Shown here piece by piece: positions 1 through 10,235 of a stretch of 64,000 nucleotides of DNA. The stretch is from the NCBI GenBank assembly GCA_040220235.1, contig JAVJTO010000094.1; one strand, given 5' to 3'. Source of the DNA: Coleofasciculus sp. B1-GNL1-01 (GTDB taxonomy: Bacteria > Cyanobacteriota > Cyanobacteriia > Cyanobacteriales > Coleofasciculaceae). The position numbers and the translations under genes were made by a program. Each line of letters starts with the position of its first letter. Position 1 is the first letter of the stretch. The notes under the pieces were generated by a model. It was not told the origin of the DNA. It saw only the letters and a program-made list of their open reading frames with translations, and did no database searches.

Positions 1-175
1 CAAAGAATTAGACAAAAAAGTTGAAATTGTTAATCAAAGTGAGGATAAAAAAGATGAATTAATGGAAGACTTAATTGCCATTATTACTTCCTTTTGCTCG
101 CGGATGTACGGATTAAGAAAGTCGAAACGAAAAACCGAAAAGATTATAGCTGAGTTAAAATCTCACGGACAATAA
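1..175 (+). mobile_element. tnpA: 3' end of IS607-family transposase (serine recombinase TnpA), partial at window edge
   Basis: The frame from nt 2 reads KELDKKVEIVNQSEDKKDELMEDLIAIITSFCSRMYGLRKSKRKTEKIIAELKSHGQ*. The 'EL.EDL..IITSF..R.YG.R' motif is typical of the IS607 TnpA C-terminus. Confidence 0.85.
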
Positions 176-204
176 TGCGACTAGCGGAAAGACATATTAC
201 TTAA
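175..204 (+). pseudogene. tnpB: Truncated IS607 tnpB start (MRLAERHIT*)
   Basis: The ATG overlaps the tnpA stop (TAATG). MRLAERHI resembles the N-terminus of cyanobacterial IS607 TnpB, and the frame stops after 9 codons. Confidence 0.6.
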
Positions 205-243
205 ATACACGACTTCATCTATTGATATTTAAAGTTTCCCGCC

Positions 244-477
244 ATGCTCACTTACTCACCCGTCATTTTAAACTTAAAGAATGTTGGCTTAAGCGACGAA
301 CAATTTTACCAACTTTGTCAAGCCAATCAAACGTGGCAACTGGAACAAACAGCTAAAGGTGAATTAGTGATTATGCCTCCCGTCGGTGGAGTGAGTGGCA
401 ATCGAGAAGCCGATTTAATTACAGACTTAAAAAGGATAATTAAAGACACCTATCATTTGTCATTGGTTCAGGGTTGA
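244..477 (+). pseudogene. Truncated Uma2-family (DUF820) endonuclease
   Basis: LSDEQFYQLCQAN...LEQTAKGELVIMPPVGG.SGNRE is the Uma2 N-terminus. The ORF is only 77 aa and diverges after LITDL, so the catalytic PD-(D/E)xK part is missing. Confidence 0.8.
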
Positions 478-539
478 CTGATAATTGATCAGGGGTCATG
501 GCTCAAAAAACCCGCTTCCTTAAATATTAAAGATAGCTT

Positions 540-3212
540 ATGAAGAAATGGGTGATTGGCATTGCGATCGCGACGACAATCAATACCTTACTAGGTAACC
601 CCAGGGCGTTCGCTCAAACGGTCAACTTAGGGGTGGTGAAAAGTCCGGATAATCAGGCAAATTGGTCAGCTATTACCGATCGCTTGCAGTCAACGGATGT
701 GGATTACTGCGTGGTTGACTTGAGCCAGGTTAATCAACGTTCTGATCTAGGCAATACCCAACTCCTATTTTTACCGAATATTGAACGCCTAGAACCCGAA
801 CACCTGGCGACTCTGCAAGAGTGGATGCGTCAAGGCGGGCGGATCATTGTCAGTGGTGCGGCGGGTGTTGTCTCTCCACCTGAGGTGCGAAATCGTTTGC
901 GATCGCTCTTAGGTGCCTACTGGGGATTTGGTTTGAGTCAGCCGTCTCGATTGGAACGATTATCGATTTCTTCCCCAAGCTGGATACCCGATGCGGGATT
1001 AGTGGGAGAGGTGCAAGGGGGTGTGGTGATTCCCGCCAGCTTGGATGCTGAAACGGCGGCTGTATGGAATCAGTCGGAAAGTCCCCCAGCAGTGGTGACG
1101 ACGGATCAATCGATTTTTTTGGGCTGGCGCTGGGGAGTGGATGGGGAAGACGCCGCCCAGATGGATGTGGTTTGGCTGCAAGCCGCGCTGAGTCATTATA
1201 ATGTTACGCCGATGCCTGGAAAGATGGCGAATTCATCCCCGCCAAATTGTGGTCAAAATCAATCCTTGGCAACGACTCCTGTACCCCCAATCAGACCGGA
1301 GCAAAAACGCCAAGATACCCGCCGCGCAACTAATCCGACTCCTGTTCCCAGCGAAGGCGATCGCTTAGTGCTTCCCGCCCAAACTCCAGCGAACAATTGG
1401 GGAACCCTTACCGCCAATGAAGTGACGGCGATGAGTCGGGAGTTGGAAAACTTAATTGGTCGGGTGGAAAGTACATTATTAAGGGCTAATGCTCATAACA
1501 GTGAGGTTGGCTTGCTCACTCAGGAGAGTGTTGAGTCCTTAGCGGGGATGAGTGCCAAGGAATCAGAACATGGAAATCAACGGCATTCCCATCCAAATCG
1601 AACCACGGTTTCGGCGTTGGCGCAAGCGAGAATTGGCTTAGAAAATTTTCTGGGTGCGGTTGAGCAACAGGACTATACGGCAGCGCGACAACAGTGGATT
1701 AATGCCCGACGGCTACTCTGGGATAATTATCCGATGGAGCGTCAACTTGCCCAACCTGAAATTCGGGCAATTTGGTTGGATCGGGGGACAATTGTCAAGG
1801 CAAAGCGTAAACAGGACTTAGTTAAACTCTTCGATAATCTGGCAAAGGCGGGATTTAATACGGTTTTCTTTGAAACCGTTAACGCCAGTTATCCGATTTA
1901 CCCGAGCCAGGTTGCCCCTGAACAAAATCCTCTGGTGCGCGGCTGGGACCCTCTAGAAGCCGCCGTGGACTTGGCTCATGAACGGGGGATGGAGTTACAT
2001 GCTTGGGTGTGGATTTTTGCGGCGGCGAATCAGCGTCACAATGCTCTATTAAATCAGCCGTTGGATTATCCGGGTCCAGTTTTAGCGGCGCATCCAGATT
2101 GGGCGATTTTTGATAAGCAGGGACGCTTGTTTGCGCCGAATACGAGAAAGGCATTTTTTGATCCCGCCAACCCGGAAGTGCGGGAGTATTTAATGGCGCT
2201 GCTGGAGGAAATTGCCACCCGATATGACGTGGATGGGATTCAACTGGATTATATTCGCTATCCGTTTCAAGATCCGCGCGTGAATCAAACGTATGGGTAT
2301 GGGGTGGCGGCGCGTCAGCAATTTCAGGAACGAACCGGGGTTGATCCGATAGAGGTGTATCCTCGCGATCGCCAATTATGGCAGCAATGGACAGAGTTTC
2401 GTATCCGCCAAGTGGACAGCTTTGTCGCATCAGTATCAGCGCGTCTGTTGTCGCAACGTCCCGATTTGATTCTCTCGGCTGCCGTATTTCCCCTACCCCC
2501 AGCGGAACGTCAGCAACGGTTGCAGCAAAACTGGGAAGAATGGGCAAAGCAGGGGTATATTGATCTAGTTGTACCGATGACTTATGCCTTGGATACCGAA
2601 GGGTTGCACAGTCTTACCCAACCGTTACTCACCGAAGCGACACTCAACCAAGCGTTGCTGATTCCAGGGATTCGTTTGTTGAATTTACCCGATGTTGTGG
2701 CAGTTGACCAAATCCAACTGCTGCGGGATTTACCTGCCAACGGGTATGCTGTGTTTGCGGTTGAGAATCTTAACGAGAATTTACATCGTATTTTCCAACA
2801 GACTCAAGGTCAACCGGAGTCTACCTCAACTGAGCCAATTCCTTACCGTCAGCCATTCCAAGTCGCCAGGGATCGATTTGTGGCGCTGCAACGGGAATGG
2901 AACTTTTTGGTCACGAATGAGCAACTCGCCATTCATCAAGACGCCTTTACTGAATGGGTGGCTCAAACAGAAAAGCTAGATCAGGCGCTCAAGCAACTGG
3001 CTACGGAACCCTCACCGCAGCTTATGCGAACCGCCCAAGCCGCCCTCGCCACGTTCCGATCTCAATTCCCCCAATGGATGCAGCAGCAAGGGATGCGCCA
3101 CCCTTATCAAGTTCAGGTGTGGGAGAATCGGCTGGCAACAATTGAACGGCTATTGAACTATGGTGAACGAACCACTTTACCGAAAAATTCGTCAGATGCG
3201 ATTAAACGTTAA
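540..3212 (+). CDS. Glycosyl hydrolase-like 10 (DUF187/YddW-DigH-like) family protein with signal peptide
   Basis: 890-aa ORF with EIRAIWLD, GFNTVF, ELHAW and YDVDGIQLDYIRYP motifs and an N-terminal signal peptide. Confidence 0.85.
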   Translation: MKKWVIGIAIATTINTLLGNPRAFAQTVNLGVVKSPDNQANWSAITDRLQSTDVDYCVVDLSQVNQRSDLGNTQLLFLPNIERLEPEHLATLQEWMRQGGRIIVSGAAGVVSPPEVRNRLRSLLGAYWGFGLSQPSRLERLSISSPSWIPDAGLVGEVQGGVVIPASLDAETAAVWNQSESPPAVVTTDQSIFLGWRWGVDGEDAAQMDVVWLQAALSHYNVTPMPGKMANSSPPNCGQNQSLATTPVPPIRPEQKRQDTRRATNPTPVPSEGDRLVLPAQTPANNWGTLTANEVTAMSRELENLIGRVESTLLRANAHNSEVGLLTQESVESLAGMSAKESEHGNQRHSHPNRTTVSALAQARIGLENFLGAVEQQDYTAARQQWINARRLLWDNYPMERQLAQPEIRAIWLDRGTIVKAKRKQDLVKLFDNLAKAGFNTVFFETVNASYPIYPSQVAPEQNPLVRGWDPLEAAVDLAHERGMELHAWVWIFAAANQRHNALLNQPLDYPGPVLAAHPDWAIFDKQGRLFAPNTRKAFFDPANPEVREYLMALLEEIATRYDVDGIQLDYIRYPFQDPRVNQTYGYGVAARQQFQERTGVDPIEVYPRDRQLWQQWTEFRIRQVDSFVASVSARLLSQRPDLILSAAVFPLPPAERQQRLQQNWEEWAKQGYIDLVVPMTYALDTEGLHSLTQPLLTEATLNQALLIPGIRLLNLPDVVAVDQIQLLRDLPANGYAVFAVENLNENLHRIFQQTQGQPESTSTEPIPYRQPFQVARDRFVALQREWNFLVTNEQLAIHQDAFTEWVAQTEKLDQALKQLATEPSPQLMRTAQAALATFRSQFPQWMQQQGMRHPYQVQVWENRLATIERLLNYGERTTLPKNSSDAIKR

Positions 3213-3527
3213 TAACTGAAACTAATTGCCGACATTTGGCTTGAGAGCATGGTAGTTTGTGTAAGGTAAACTATTTTGGGCAGCTAAGGCGCTCCCCATG
3301 GGTCTAGCAAGAATTAGCATTCAGAATAGTTGTCTACCCTATCAATCTCAACTGGGGACACAGATTTGATTGTTCCCTGACATCAGATCTGGGTCAAATT
3401 CCTGATGGAGTTGCTTGCCCAAAGGACATCTTAGCTGAGATAACAATAAGGGTTTGGGGGGAGACTCCCAAAAACAGGTTGATGGTTCACGCAGTACTTG
3501 CTCGTTTAAAGTCGAGTTTTTACCTTG

Positions 3528-6218
3528 ATGAAGTGGTATTTACAGCTTAATCTTTTTGTAAGTTTGCTTTCAGTTCTGACAGGAATTGGCATGGCAACCA
3601 TGGCGTTTGGTGAAACCCCATCCAAGTTGACTGACTCAACCTCAAAGGGGGTCATGGGTGGTCAAGTCCTGAGTCTGGAAATGTCCAAGATGGGCAGGGT
3701 GAAGGGTAAATCGGTCAAGTCTCCCGCTTCACGCCTGAAACCGACTCCGTCTGCGGCGACTAAGCCTCAGTCGTTGAATGTTAAACCAACACCGTCTAGA
3801 TCAACATCCCGAAAGCCCACGAATCTCAAACCTCAAGCGGTTAAACCCCAACCGCTTCAACCTGCCCGTTTGCCGATCGCAACGCTTCATGATTCCGGTG
3901 TACACAGGTTTCCCCGTTTAGAACGCTCAAGTATTGTTTTACATCATATAGATAGGCTAGATAGGCTGCGGGCGATTCTCTTTGATCCCATTGTTGTACC
4001 TGGAGATATCCTCAATCCTACCCAGCCTGATCCCACTGTCTTTCAAACGGTTCACGTTTCTCCGTTCCGTCACCAGTTAGCTCATGTTCAGGGTGGGAGG
4101 ATAGATGTTGCCTACCCTAATCATCCCGAAAGACCTGTGATTAAGCAGGTTTCCGGTCATTGGGACAACCATCAACTGTCTAGTCTTTCTCTGGATAATT
4201 CTCTCACTGTTAATTCCCCAGAGGCAGAGTCAAAACCTGGGGATGGAGAGAACGCGAGGATACAGGTTCTGGATACGAGTAACTTAGAGAGTCACTCTTC
4301 ACGTCATTCTGAATCAACGCCAGATCACCGCCCTGTTCGGGGAACTCAAATTCATCCCACTCGCTTAACAGCAGCAAATCGACAGGCGGCACGTTTAGCA
4401 CCGTCTCAGATTCACCCTGCCCGTCTCCAACCGGAAAATCGCCAAGCCGCGAGTCTGCTGGGTTCCCCAGTTCAGTCTGTAATCGGGCAGGTGGAACAAT
4501 TGCCCGCAACTCCACCGGAAACGGTTAACCCTCGGCAACGCCCACAACACTCACCCATTAAAGTAGAGGAACCTCACTCCACTCCCAGGATTAACGTCGT
4601 TGAGCAACCTTTATCCTCCCCGAACCAGAATCAGTCGCCAATCGTTGCCAGTAGCCATGACATTCGTTTGATTGCGGCGAACACCAAACAGAATGATGAC
4701 ACCTCGCCGGAAGAGAGGCAGATTCAAGTCCAAGAGATTAATGTCACCGGGAGTACGATTTTTGGGGAGGATGAATTTAACCCGATTATTGAACCAGTGG
4801 AAGGAAATACCGTCACTCTGGAAGAACTTAGAAGTGTGGCGGATGCGATTTCTCAACTGTATTTGGAACAAGGCTACATTACCTCTAGGGCAGTTTTGGT
4901 CGAAGAAACCCTGGATACCGATGTGGTGGAAATTCGGGTGATTGAAGGGAGTCTGGAAGCCATCCAGGTGGAAGGGGCACGACGGCTGAACCCGAGTTAC
5001 GTGCGATCGCGTATTCGATTAGGGGCGGATACACCCCTGAATACAGGTGCGTTAGAAGACCAATTGCGCTTGTTACGAGTTAATCCGTTATTTGAAAATG
5101 TGGAAGCCTCTTTGAGGGCGGGAACTGGATTAGGACAAAGTATTCTCGTGGTGCGGATATCGGAAGCCGATCCCTTTGACGGAAGTGTCGGTATTGATAA
5201 CTATTCCCCTCCCAGTGTAGGTGCTGAACGTTTCACTACGAATGCCCGTTATCTCAATCTAACCGGGATTGGGGATGAAATTTCGGCACAATATAACCGA
5301 ACAACGGCTGGTGGTGCCCATACCTGGGATTTTAATTATCGGGCGCCAATCAACGCTATGAATGGTACGGTGCAACTGCGAGCATCGTTTAATGAGAATC
5401 AAGTAATTCAAGAAGATTTAGAGAATCTGGAGATCCAAGGAGAATCCGAACTCTATGAAATTAACTATCGCCAACCCTTAATCCGCACACCGCGTCGAGA
5501 ATTGGCGTTATCGTTAGGGTTTACTCATCAAGACGGTCAAACCTTTACTTTTGCTGGACCAACACCCTTTGGCCTCGGACCAGAGGAAGATGGGGTGAGT
5601 CGCACCAGTGTAGTTAAGTTTGGACAAGAATACACCCTACGTCAAACTTCTGGGGCGTGGGCATTCCGTTCGCTATTTAGTTTTGGTACTGGCTTATTTG
5701 ATGCGACAGAAAACTCGGATATTGATGAGGATTGGCCCGATGGTCAGTTTGTCAGTTGGTTGGCTCAAATCCAGCGGGTACAAATTATCAATCCGGATAA
5801 CTTTTTAATTATTCAAGCGGATCTCCAGTTAGCCTTTGATAGTTTATTACCGGCTCAACAATTTGTCATTGGTGGCGGTCAATCGGTACGAGGCTATCGC
5901 CAAAATGTCCGGGCGGGAGATAATGGATTTCGCATTTCGGTAGAAGATCGGATTACGTTAGAACGGGATGAATCGGGGATTGCTACCTTTGTTTTGGCGC
6001 CGTTTTTCGATGTCGGTTATGTTTGGAATCGAGGGACGAATCCCAATGAATTACTAGACCAGACCTTTATAGCTGGGTTAGGTTTAGGGATATTGTGGGA
6101 ACCTCTGCCTAATTTAAACCTGCGGCTGGATTATGGTTTGCCTTTGGTTGATTTAGAGGATCGCGGGGAAAATGCTCAGGATGATGGCTTTTATTTTAGT
6201 GTGAATTACAATTTCTAA
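3528..6218 (+). CDS. ShlB/FhaC/HecB-family (TpsB) outer-membrane transporter with long low-complexity N-terminus
   Basis: POTRA motif (LYLEQGYITSRA...IEG), DNYSPPSVG, QQFVIGGGQSVRGY loop motif and C-terminal Phe (FSVNYNF). Confidence 0.9.
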   Translation: MKWYLQLNLFVSLLSVLTGIGMATMAFGETPSKLTDSTSKGVMGGQVLSLEMSKMGRVKGKSVKSPASRLKPTPSAATKPQSLNVKPTPSRSTSRKPTNLKPQAVKPQPLQPARLPIATLHDSGVHRFPRLERSSIVLHHIDRLDRLRAILFDPIVVPGDILNPTQPDPTVFQTVHVSPFRHQLAHVQGGRIDVAYPNHPERPVIKQVSGHWDNHQLSSLSLDNSLTVNSPEAESKPGDGENARIQVLDTSNLESHSSRHSESTPDHRPVRGTQIHPTRLTAANRQAARLAPSQIHPARLQPENRQAASLLGSPVQSVIGQVEQLPATPPETVNPRQRPQHSPIKVEEPHSTPRINVVEQPLSSPNQNQSPIVASSHDIRLIAANTKQNDDTSPEERQIQVQEINVTGSTIFGEDEFNPIIEPVEGNTVTLEELRSVADAISQLYLEQGYITSRAVLVEETLDTDVVEIRVIEGSLEAIQVEGARRLNPSYVRSRIRLGADTPLNTGALEDQLRLLRVNPLFENVEASLRAGTGLGQSILVVRISEADPFDGSVGIDNYSPPSVGAERFTTNARYLNLTGIGDEISAQYNRTTAGGAHTWDFNYRAPINAMNGTVQLRASFNENQVIQEDLENLEIQGESELYEINYRQPLIRTPRRELALSLGFTHQDGQTFTFAGPTPFGLGPEEDGVSRTSVVKFGQEYTLRQTSGAWAFRSLFSFGTGLFDATENSDIDEDWPDGQFVSWLAQIQRVQIINPDNFLIIQADLQLAFDSLLPAQQFVIGGGQSVRGYRQNVRAGDNGFRISVEDRITLERDESGIATFVLAPFFDVGYVWNRGTNPNELLDQTFIAGLGLGILWEPLPNLNLRLDYGLPLVDLEDRGENAQDDGFYFSVNYNF

Positions 6219-6248
6219 TGTAGAGACGCGCCGTGGCGCGTCTCTACA
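6219..6248. repeat. GTAG-type REP-like palindrome TGTAGAGACGCGCC-GT-GGCGCGTCTCTACA
   Basis: Perfect 14-bp inverted repeat right after the tpsB stop. Related copies lie near 19917-19945, 30002-30026 and 50306-50328. Confidence 0.85.
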
Positions 6249-6311
6249 ACAGCGGAACGTCTCTACCAAATGATTCATGTGTCCTAACCGCTACGGCGGT
6301 TGCTATATTCT

Positions 6312-6758
6312 TCAAGACTCTCCAGATTCATCAACAACAAACCAATCTTCATCCAGGGCTTGTTCTAGGGAAATATGAGCATCCTTTGGCAGTGAAAACA
6401 GCTTAGAAACCGACTTAACCGCCACAGGATATGCTTTGGCATACATCGCGTCTAGTTCAGGTTTTAAGCTGGGACTGTCTTCTAAACGCTGTTGAATTTG
6501 AGCGCGAAAATTGACAATTTCCGCCGCCATAAGATTTCCTGAATACTCTTTCTCGGCTTCCCAATAGGATAATTTCAACAGATGTTCTAATAAACGGGTT
6601 AAAAGACTTAATACAGCTCGTCTCTAACTTTTACCCATACTTTCTAATTCTTCTATCAAATTATTCCAATCAACCTCCTGAAAGTTACGGTGTTGTAATT
6701 GGTTGACTGTTTCTTGAATCCATTGATAATAGTCTGTTTTATATGGCGTTTTGGACAT
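6312..6758 (-). pseudogene. DUF29-family protein with in-frame premature TAG
   Basis: From ATG 6758 the frame reads MSKTPYKTDYYQWIQETVNQLQHRNFQEVDWNNLIEELESMGKS*RRAVLSLLTRLLEHLLKLSYW. The stop is at 6624-6626 and the frame continues into the listed 6312..6578 ORF. Confidence 0.85.
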
Positions 6759-6822
6759 GGGATTCTTCTCCTATCACTTTATCTCATCTTTGATATAAGT
6801 AATAATTCTCTGTCGCTGCACG

Positions 6823-6855
6823 AGATCCCCGACTTCTTCAAGAAGTCGGGGATCT
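6823..6855. repeat. Perfect 16-bp palindrome AGATCCCCGACTTCTT-C-AAGAAGTCGGGGATCT (REP-like; possible ndhB terminator/stabiliser)
   Basis: Inverted repeat 6 nt downstream of the ndhB stop, with a degenerate copy near 29730-29762. Confidence 0.8.
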
Positions 6856-6861
6856 GATTGA

Positions 6862-8433
6862 TTAATCTGGCGATAAATTGGCATCAATGGATGCAATTGG
6901 TTGGGTGTGAGATTGAGATTGGATCACCGAAGAGTGCAACATGGACGTATTAGTCACTGAACTATTGGCGAGGGTAAATAGGGGATTAGATAAAATTCCC
7001 GCCAGAGACGTAATGACGACAGAAAGAACTAAACCCACTTGTAAAGGACGCATTCCGGGTAAATTCCAGCGGATTTCCGGATAATTTTTCACCGCGTCGG
7101 ACATTTCTTGGGGTTCTTTAACCACCATCATTTTGATGACACGGATGTAGTAGTAAATGGAAACCACAGTGGTGATTAGACCGAGCAAAACTAAGCCATA
7201 CAATCCGGCTTGCCAACCTGCCCAAAATAGGTAAATTTTACCGAAGAATCCCGCTAAAGGTGGAATTCCACCTAAGGACAGTAAACAAATACTGAGTCCC
7301 AATGTCAGCAGGGGATCTTTCTGATACAAGCCCGCATATTCGCTGATTTGATCCGTACCAGTTCGCAGGGTAAACAGAATCACACAAGCAAAACCACCCA
7401 GGTTCATGAACAAATAAACCAGCAGATAGAAAATCATACTGGCGTAGCCTGCATCGGTTCCCGCAATTAAACCAATCATGACAAAGCCAGCTTGGGCAAT
7501 GGATGAATAGGCAAGTAGGCGTTTCATGCTGGTTTGGGTAAGGGCTACCACATTCCCTAATACCAGACTTAAGATAGCCAGGGCGGTGAAGACAAAGTGC
7601 CATTGTTCGCTAACCAGGGGAAACGCGGTTACCAGTAAGCGAATGGCGAGGGCGAAGCCTGCGGCTTTAGAACCGACAGACAAGAAGGCGACAACGGGAG
7701 TCGGGGAACCTTCGTATACGTCAGGAGTCCACTGGTGGAATGGAACCGCCGAAATCTTAAAGGCAATTCCGGCGATCGCAAACACCAAAGCGATTAAAAT
7801 ACCCAAGGATGGGGTCGATTCTAAACTAGCAATCCCGGTGGCAATTCCATTTAAGTTAGTTTCGCCGCCAGACAAGCCGTACAGCAACGACACGCCATAG
7901 AGAAACACTGCTGAACTTGACGCGCCAATCAGCAGGTACTTCAGCGCCGCTTCATTGGAACGGGGATCACGCTTCATGTATCCCGTCAACAGGTACGACG
8001 AAATACTCAGCGTTTCTAGGGAAATAAAGATGGTAACCAGTTCATTCGCGCCACAGAGGAACATCGCCCCCAAGGTAGCGGTGAGTAAAATGCCGATAAA
8101 CTCGGCTAACGAGGTGCCAGACTGCTGCACATAGCGAATCGACAGCAAAATGGTTACCGCCGTCGATAAAGCGATGATGCCGCGAAAGGCGATACTCATG
8201 GCATCCCCATTAAACCCGCCAAAGAAAGCTAGGGGTTGGGCAACATCCCATCGATAGTACAAGGCGACTACGGAAACCAGTAGTCCGCCAATAGCGACGT
8301 AAGGCAGGGTATTAGCAGAACGTTTACCCGCAATCAGATCAATTCCTAAAACCAGTAACAGGGTAATCACGACGATTCCCTCTGGCAAAATTATCCCAGC
8401 ATTAAGCTGGGCAGCAATAGTGGCAAAATCCAT
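6862..8433 (-). CDS. ndhB: NAD(P)H-quinone oxidoreductase subunit 2 (NdhB)
   Basis: Hydrophobic 523-aa ORF with [32 protein letters not shown] and [11 protein letters not shown]. Confidence 0.97.
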   Translation of the reverse strand: MDFATIAAQLNAGIILPEGIVVITLLLVLGIDLIAGKRSANTLPYVAIGGLLVSVVALYYRWDVAQPLAFFGGFNGDAMSIAFRGIIALSTAVTILLSIRYVQQSGTSLAEFIGILLTATLGAMFLCGANELVTIFISLETLSISSYLLTGYMKRDPRSNEAALKYLLIGASSSAVFLYGVSLLYGLSGGETNLNGIATGIASLESTPSLGILIALVFAIAGIAFKISAVPFHQWTPDVYEGSPTPVVAFLSVGSKAAGFALAIRLLVTAFPLVSEQWHFVFTALAILSLVLGNVVALTQTSMKRLLAYSSIAQAGFVMIGLIAGTDAGYASMIFYLLVYLFMNLGGFACVILFTLRTGTDQISEYAGLYQKDPLLTLGLSICLLSLGGIPPLAGFFGKIYLFWAGWQAGLYGLVLLGLITTVVSIYYYIRVIKMMVVKEPQEMSDAVKNYPEIRWNLPGMRPLQVGLVLSVVITSLAGILSNPLFTLANSSVTNTSMLHSSVIQSQSHTQPIASIDANLSPD

Positions 8434-8659
8434 TATGGTCTATGCTTAGGGTCGTATCCAGAGAGTAACGTTCTTATCATATCGGTGATTGGCACTGATT
8501 GTAGAGACATTCCACCAAAACCCCTCTATATGCAATAGCAAAAGGCTCCAAGGCAGAAGGGGTATGGGGTTAGTGATCGCGATCTTTGTGAAAAATGCGG
8601 GGTATAACCTTGTCTAATTCAGAACAACAATGTTTAGGCTTGAGATTTTATAACTGCGT

Positions 8660-9523
8660 ATGACTACATTTTTATTTTGGAACATTAGAAAAAAGCCTTT
8701 GCTGGATGAACTTGTATGTCTTTGCCAGGAAAATGACGTTGATATTTTGATTTTAGCGGAGAAACCAGATATACCAGATACCGAAGTGCAAATAGCCTTG
8801 AATAAGGGAATAGATAATCAATATCTGGCACTCTATAATTCTCCCTCCCGCTTATCATTCTTCTTTCGATATCCGGCTGAATCAATTAAACCAATATCTG
8901 ACGAAGGTAGTATCGCAATCAGGAGGATATCCCCACCCATTGGAGCTGATATACTTTTAGTGGCGCTCCACCTTACCAGCAAACTTCACATGTCAGAGAA
9001 CGGTCAAACGTTCCAAGCCATAAGAGTTTCTCAGCTCATTCAAGAGGCTGAGAGTATGGTAGGACATACTAGAACGTTAGTCATTGGCGATCTCAACATG
9101 AATCCCTTTGAAGTCGGTGTTGTTGGTGCAGATGGTTTTCATGCTGTAATGACTCAAAGTATTGCCCAGAAGGGTAGTCGAAAAGTACAGGGGAAAAACA
9201 AACCATTTTTTTATAATCCAATGTGGGGACGAATGGGTGATACGTCTGTCGGCACACCTGGAACATATTACTATCGTAGTTCCGATTATGTCACTTACTT
9301 TTGGAATACATTTGATCAAGTACTTCTGCGACCAGAACTACTGGATTATTTTTCAGCGGATGAGAATAATTTAAAAGTGATTTATAAAATTGGAGATAAA
9401 AACTTACTTACAAATAAGGGAATTCCCAATTCCAAGTTTTACTCTGATCATTTACCCATACTTGTTACACTAAAACTCGAAAGGATCAATCAAAATGACC
9501 AATATCAAAGACCTATGGGGTGA
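8660..9523 (+). CDS. Endonuclease/exonuclease/phosphatase (EEP, DNase I-like) family protein
   Basis: Motifs FWNI, DILILAE, LH, GDLN, FDQV and SDHLP form a complete EEP catalytic set. No signal peptide. Confidence 0.85.
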   Translation: MTTFLFWNIRKKPLLDELVCLCQENDVDILILAEKPDIPDTEVQIALNKGIDNQYLALYNSPSRLSFFFRYPAESIKPISDEGSIAIRRISPPIGADILLVALHLTSKLHMSENGQTFQAIRVSQLIQEAESMVGHTRTLVIGDLNMNPFEVGVVGADGFHAVMTQSIAQKGSRKVQGKNKPFFYNPMWGRMGDTSVGTPGTYYYRSSDYVTYFWNTFDQVLLRPELLDYFSADENNLKVIYKIGDKNLLTNKGIPNSKFYSDHLPILVTLKLERINQNDQYQRPMG

Positions 9524-9950
9524 CTTGCCAAGTGCTGAAACGATACGGACTCCCTATACCATCTTAAAAGAGCAAGCTTCTATCTTGACGGAAAAAACGA
9601 ATGGCTTACTTGTTGGTGAGGTAAAATTTGGTGATGTAAAATCAAGTCCACAATTTTTTCCAGGCAGAAGAGAAGTATTGGTTGATCCAGATAGCCAAGA
9701 AACTCGATTATTTGTTGCATATCTGCGAATTAAAGTACCTTCACTGAACAACTACACTTACTCAGTCCTCAAGATACAGTACTCACTGACCGATCTTTAT
9801 CCTGTATTGGTGACAAGTTTTGCTGCTGCTGAAGATAGAGAGTGTGAGTGTAAAAGCGAAGCAGAATATGAAAATGCTTTAGGCAAAATATTGTCTTCTT
9901 CAGACGTTAAGCGGGTTATTTCTAGTCTACTCGCCCAAGTTCATGCATGA
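9495..9950 (+). CDS. Hypothetical protein overlapping the EEP gene by 29 bp
   Basis: 151-aa ORF with protein-like composition (DLWG...PYTILKEQA..L..KT.GLL.GEV) and AT-rich codon style like the upstream gene. Confidence 0.75.
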   Translation: MTNIKDLWGDLPSAETIRTPYTILKEQASILTEKTNGLLVGEVKFGDVKSSPQFFPGRREVLVDPDSQETRLFVAYLRIKVPSLNNYTYSVLKIQYSLTDLYPVLVTSFAAAEDRECECKSEAEYENALGKILSSSDVKRVISSLLAQVHA

Positions 9951-10050
9951 ATTAACTCGATGAGTTGGTTACAAATTTTCGGAGTCATTTTTTCCTGATT
10001 ATTGAAGGTTTTGTCCAGCTTTTTAAACTTCCCTTAACCGAAAATGAATT

Positions 10051-10121
10051 TGTAGGGTGGGTTAGGCGGAAACTCAATCAAAACCCGTAACCGTTGAATG
10101 AACTACCCGCCGTAACCCAAC
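10051..10121. repeat. Dispersed GTAG repeat TGTAGGGTGGGTTAGGCGG...CCGCCGTAACCCA
   Basis: Imperfect long hairpin, with a second copy at 29647-29714. Confidence 0.75.
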
Positions 10122-10235
10122 AAAAATCATGGGGTAGTTGCTTGTCACCCCTTCAGGTAACAGGGATTAGTCACGCCGTTGTGAATTAAGCGTTTGTAGC
10201 AGCGATGTGAGAGTTTATGACACCCTTGATGCCTA

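Noticed and set aside
564..571. Frequent GCGATCGC octamers across the window
   Set aside because: HIP1 is a well-known cyanobacterial genome signature, used here only as taxonomic evidence.
977..988. CAAGCTGGATAC matches the TnpB right-end/guide junction (18496-18507)
   Set aside because: Only 9 nt of the guide match and the match stops there, which is compatible with chance.
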